DNA from: Salpingoeca rosetta
Lineage: Eukaryota > Protista > Choanoflagellata
NCBI GenBank assembly: GCA_033442325.1
Contig: JAWQFM010000025.1
Span: 262,030 to 319,628, forward strand
Direction: 5' to 3'
Length of the DNA: 57,599 nt
Shown: piece by piece, positions 54,217 to 57,599 of the stretch
Numbering within the stretch: position 1 is the first letter of the stretch
Layout of the letters: each line of letters opens with the position of its first letter
Notes under the pieces: model-generated
Database searches by the model: none
What the model saw: only the letters and a program-made list of their open reading frames with translations
What the model was told of the DNA's origin: nothing
Made by a program: the position numbers and the translations under genes

Positions 54217-55524
54217 ATGAACAACACGTTTAGCAGGAGGGTGGTGGTGGTGTGGTTGGTGGTGACGGCGTTGTTGACGGTGAGCGACCATCACCACCGT
54301 TGGCATCGATGCATGGGCGAGGTGGTGTTGGCAGAGGATGACGCAGGCGCGTTCCACGTCAACACGAGTGACCCAACAACGCAGCCCGTGCTGGTGAACG
54401 GGTTGAACATGAACAGGCTGTTCGAGACAGTTGCGGCGCACCAGAGCACGTTGCAGGAGCACGGAGCGGTGGCGCAGGCGCAGCAGCGCGTGATTGATGC
54501 GCAGGAGCGCACCATTCGCTTACAGCAGGCAAGGGTCGATGCCCTGAGAGCGGAGGTGTGCCGTGCGAGCGTGCGGCAGGACTTTGGGCAGTTTGGGGTC
54601 GCGGGGAACAAGTGGGTTGGCGGCGTGCTGGCGCGCAACGGCCTGATCTACGCTGCGCCGTACAACGCTGACGCCGTCCTCATCATCGACCCCAGCACCA
54701 CCACGGCAGACACAACCACGATCCACGAGATTGGCGGAGGCATACACAAGTGGGCTGGTGCTGTGCTGGCACATAATGGACTCGTGTACATGTTTCCGGC
54801 ATCGAGGGCAGAGGTGCTTGTGCTCAACCCGGAGACAAACGCAACCGACACCACGACGCTGCATTCGCTGGGGTCGAGCCAGTACAAGTGGTTCAGCGGC
54901 ATGGTTGCGGACAACGGGCTCGTCTTTGGCGTGCCTTATTCTGCCACATCCGTGCTCATCATCGACCCCACCACCAACGCCACCGACATCAGCACCTTGT
55001 CTGGTCTTCCCACGGACGGCCAGAAGTGGTACAACGCCGTTCAGGCGCCCAACGGCCTTGTCTATTGCGTTCCATCCACGGCGTCGTTTGTCCTCATCAT
55101 TGACCCTGTTTCTCTCCGAATGGACACCACGACCATACAAGGGCTTGGGGCGGGGCTCTACAAATGGCTCGGCGGCGTGCTTGCAGGCAACGGCCGCATC
55201 TACGCCATTCCTGCGCGGAACGCCACCGTGCTTGTCATAGATCCGGCCACCAACACCACGGACGCGCTTGTCGTTGCTGAGCAGACCACCTCGGCCAAGG
55301 GGATCGGTGCTGTGCTTGCCCCCAACGGCAACATCATCGGAATTCCACACGACGCCGCGTCCGCCCTCATCTTTGACCCGCGCACCAACACCACGGACAC
55401 GACCTCCATCAGCGCCCTTGCTGGAACATCCAGGTGGTTTGGCGGTGTGCTTGCAGGCAACGGTCTCATCTACGGCATCCCAAGCTTTGCAGACCACATA
55501 CTCGTCATCGACCCAGGGTGTTGA
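54217..55524 (+). CDS. Secreted 7-repeat beta-propeller protein, paralog 5 (subtype B), 435 aa, intronless
   Basis: ATG at 54217, signal peptide, G|EVVLAEDDAGAFHVNTS...VLVNGLN, long Q-rich coiled coil, EVC, 7 repeats, ending ILVIDPGC. Confidence 0.88.
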   Translation: MNNTFSRRVVVVWLVVTALLTVSDHHHRWHRCMGEVVLAEDDAGAFHVNTSDPTTQPVLVNGLNMNRLFETVAAHQSTLQEHGAVAQAQQRVIDAQERTIRLQQARVDALRAEVCRASVRQDFGQFGVAGNKWVGGVLARNGLIYAAPYNADAVLIIDPSTTTADTTTIHEIGGGIHKWAGAVLAHNGLVYMFPASRAEVLVLNPETNATDTTTLHSLGSSQYKWFSGMVADNGLVFGVPYSATSVLIIDPTTNATDISTLSGLPTDGQKWYNAVQAPNGLVYCVPSTASFVLIIDPVSLRMDTTTIQGLGAGLYKWLGGVLAGNGRIYAIPARNATVLVIDPATNTTDALVVAEQTTSAKGIGAVLAPNGNIIGIPHDAASALIFDPRTNTTDTTSISALAGTSRWFGGVLAGNGLIYGIPSFADHILVIDPGC

Positions 55525-56717
55525 AGGGGGGTGGGGGGATGAATGTGTGTGTGGGTCTGGGTCTGGGTGTGGGTCTGGGTGTGTTTGCTTTGTGGGTGTG
55601 GGTGTGTGTGGGTGTGTTTGCTTTGTGGGTGTGCGTGTGTGTGGTGTGTGTGGTGTGTGTGGTGTGTGTGGTGTGTGTGGTGNNNNNNNNNNNNNNNNNN
55701 NNNNNNNNNNNNNNNNNNNNNNNNNNNNNNNNNNNNNNNNNNNNNNNNNNNNNNNNNNNNNNNNNNNNNNNNNNNNNNNNNNNNNNNNNNNNNNNNNNNN
55801 NNNNNNNNNNNNNNNNNNNNNNNNNNNNNNNNNNNNNNNNNNNNNNNNNNNNNNNNNNNNNNNNNNNNNNNNNNNNNNNNNNNNNNNNNNNNNNNNNNNN
55901 NNNNNNNNNNNNNNNNNNNNNNNNNNNNNNNNNNNNNNNNNNNNNNNNNNNNNNNNNNNNNNNNNNNNNNNNNNNNNNNNNNNNNNNNNNNNNNNNNNNN
56001 NNNNNNNNNNNNNNNNNNNNNNNNNNNNNNNNNNNNNNNNNNNNNNNNNNNNNNNNNNNNNNNNNNNNNNNNNNNNNNNNNNNNNNNNNNNNNNNNNNNN
56101 NNNNNNNNNNNNNNNNNNNNNNNNNNNNNNNNNNNNNNNNNNNNNNNNNNNNNNNNNNNNNNNNNNNNNNNNNNNNNNNNNNNNNNNNNNNNNNNNNNNN
56201 NNNNNNNNNNNNNNNNNNNNNNNNNNNNNNNNNNNNNNNNNNNNNNNNNNNNNNNNNNNNNNNNNNNNNNNNNNNNNNNNNNNNNNNNNNNNNNNNNNNN
56301 NNNNNNNNNNNNNNNNNNNNNNNNNNNNNNNNNNNNNNNNNNNNNNNNNNNNNNNNNNNNNNNNNNNNNNNNNNTGCTTACTGTGTGTGGCGCTTGAGGA
56401 GTACAACTGCTGTATCATCCTAGTAGGAGTGCACCTACACCATGCGGTGGTGACGATGATTACCCAGAGACTCGCGCTCGCGTTGATCAGAGGTGAAGAG
56501 ATTGACACAGGAGCAGTCAGCACGGGGGAAGAGTCCGGAGAGACAGACACAAGTGTGAATATGGGAAAGCATGCATGCACTTGCATGTGTTTGCATGTGC
56601 ATGCGTAGAGTTTACAGTACACACACGCACGCACATCACACGCACATCACACGCACATCACACACAAAACACGCACGTACACAAATCACAGTCATACACA
56701 CACGCAGGCACGCATCC

Positions 56718-57599
56718 TCAGTTAATGTAGTTTGGCACGAGCTGGAGCATCTCCTGCTGCGTGAAGACGTGGCCGACGGCGAGCTGCTGGGCGATGGCGG
56801 TGGCCATGCCCTCAACGTCAATCGTCTGGCCGCTCATCTCAGCGGCAAGGAAGATGGAGTACAGCTGCGTCGTGAACGGGTGCAGGCCCTCGGGGAAGTC
56901 CTTGCCTGCCGTCGGCTCTGTGAAGCGATCGTCGTCGTTCTGCCAGATGGGCGCCAGGACCAGGCGGATGACATCGGGGCTCTCCAGAAGTGCAAACGAG
57001 GACGCAAACACGTCTTCAACAAAGAGTGTGGAGCCATCGTCGGTCAGCGGCGTAAAATAGTCTGGCTCGATGGTGAACGAGATGCTGGTGATGGTGACCG
57101 TGTACATGACACCGAGGTCGACGTCGTAGCGCAGCAGGCGGTCGCCAACAGCAAAGTCGCCAGCGAAGATGAACTCGCCTGCTGGCTGCACCGTCAAGCC
57201 GTCAGCGAGGTGTACGTCCTCGTCCGCGCGGAATACAAAGTGGTCCGGTGTTGCGGACATCAGCGCAGGGTTGCCGTCTTTGTCCGTGTAGTGCAGCTCG
57301 ACAGACGTCGTGGTGCCGTTCAGCTCCACGTGCTGGAAGGTCTTGAGCTCACAGTAGCCGAGGGCGTTGCCGGCCGATGCCTGCAGGCAAAGCACGCGGT
57401 CGCCAGTCTTCAAGTTCCGCAGCTGCACACGCTCGCCGCTCTCCAGAATCACCTCCGCCCAACCAGGGAAGCACGTGGGGTTGGTAGACGTTGGGTTCGT
57501 CAACACAACGGGGCAGTCTGCACCAGAGCCTTGCAGCCGCGCACTGCAGCCGTGGGTGAAGATGTCGTTGAGATTTGAGTCCGTCTGCAGCGTCTGAGT
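56718..57599 (-). CDS. Hedgehog-like Hint/Hog autoprocessing domain protein, 5' part beyond the window's right edge
   Basis: The frame is open from 57599. NPT|CFPGWAEVILESGERVQLRNLKTGDRVL (Cys1 at 57471-57473), TPDH (TxxH), FAGDFAVGDRL, YFTPLTDDGSTLFVEDVFASSFA, then an SRR-like tail LVLAPIW...GLHPFTTQLY. Confidence 0.88.
   Translation of the reverse strand, partial: TQTLQTDSNLNDIFTHGCSARLQGSGADCPVVLTNPTSTNPTCFPGWAEVILESGERVQLRNLKTGDRVLCLQASAGNALGYCELKTFQHVELNGTTTSVELHYTDKDGNPALMSATPDHFVFRADEDVHLADGLTVQPAGEFIFAGDFAVGDRLLRYDVDLGVMYTVTITSISFTIEPDYFTPLTDDGSTLFVEDVFASSFALLESPDVIRLVLAPIWQNDDDRFTEPTAGKDFPEGLHPFTTQLYSIFLAAEMSGQTIDVEGMATAIAQQLAVGHVFTQQEMLQLVPNYIN

Noticed and set aside
56718-57473. 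Self-splicing intein or homing element
   Set aside because: No terminal His-Asn + Cys/Ser/Thr junction and no LAGLIDADG motif. It has a Hedgehog-type C-terminal Hint with an SRR-like tail.

Overview
Eukaryotic genomic DNA. It is GC-rich, has GT-AG introns packed with (CA)n/(TG)n microsatellites, and contains six N gaps. Style and gene content suggest a choanoflagellate such as Salpingoeca (inference). Genes from left to right: INTS3-like (-, runs off the left edge); a misassembled/duplicated block (4966-7635); CAF-1 p60/CHAF1B-like WD40 (-); RasGEF (+); PPPDE-type peptidase (-); two intronless secreted 7-bladed beta-propeller genes (+,+); a giant RRM/KH-macro-WWE-PARP gene resembling PARP14 (-); SETD3-like methyltransferase (-); an LRR receptor kinase missing its catalytic exons (+); three more secreted beta-propeller paralogs (-,-,+); and a Hedgehog-like Hint/Hog autoprocessing protein (-, runs off the right edge). 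The most novel-looking system is the five-member family of secreted proteins: signal peptide, conserved N-cap, coiled-coil stalk and a Cys-bracketed 7-blade propeller. It comes as two subtypes paired in both clusters, shows homogenised gene ends, and surrounds immune-like genes (macro-PARP, LRR receptor kinase). All homology calls come from motif recognition by eye, not database searches.
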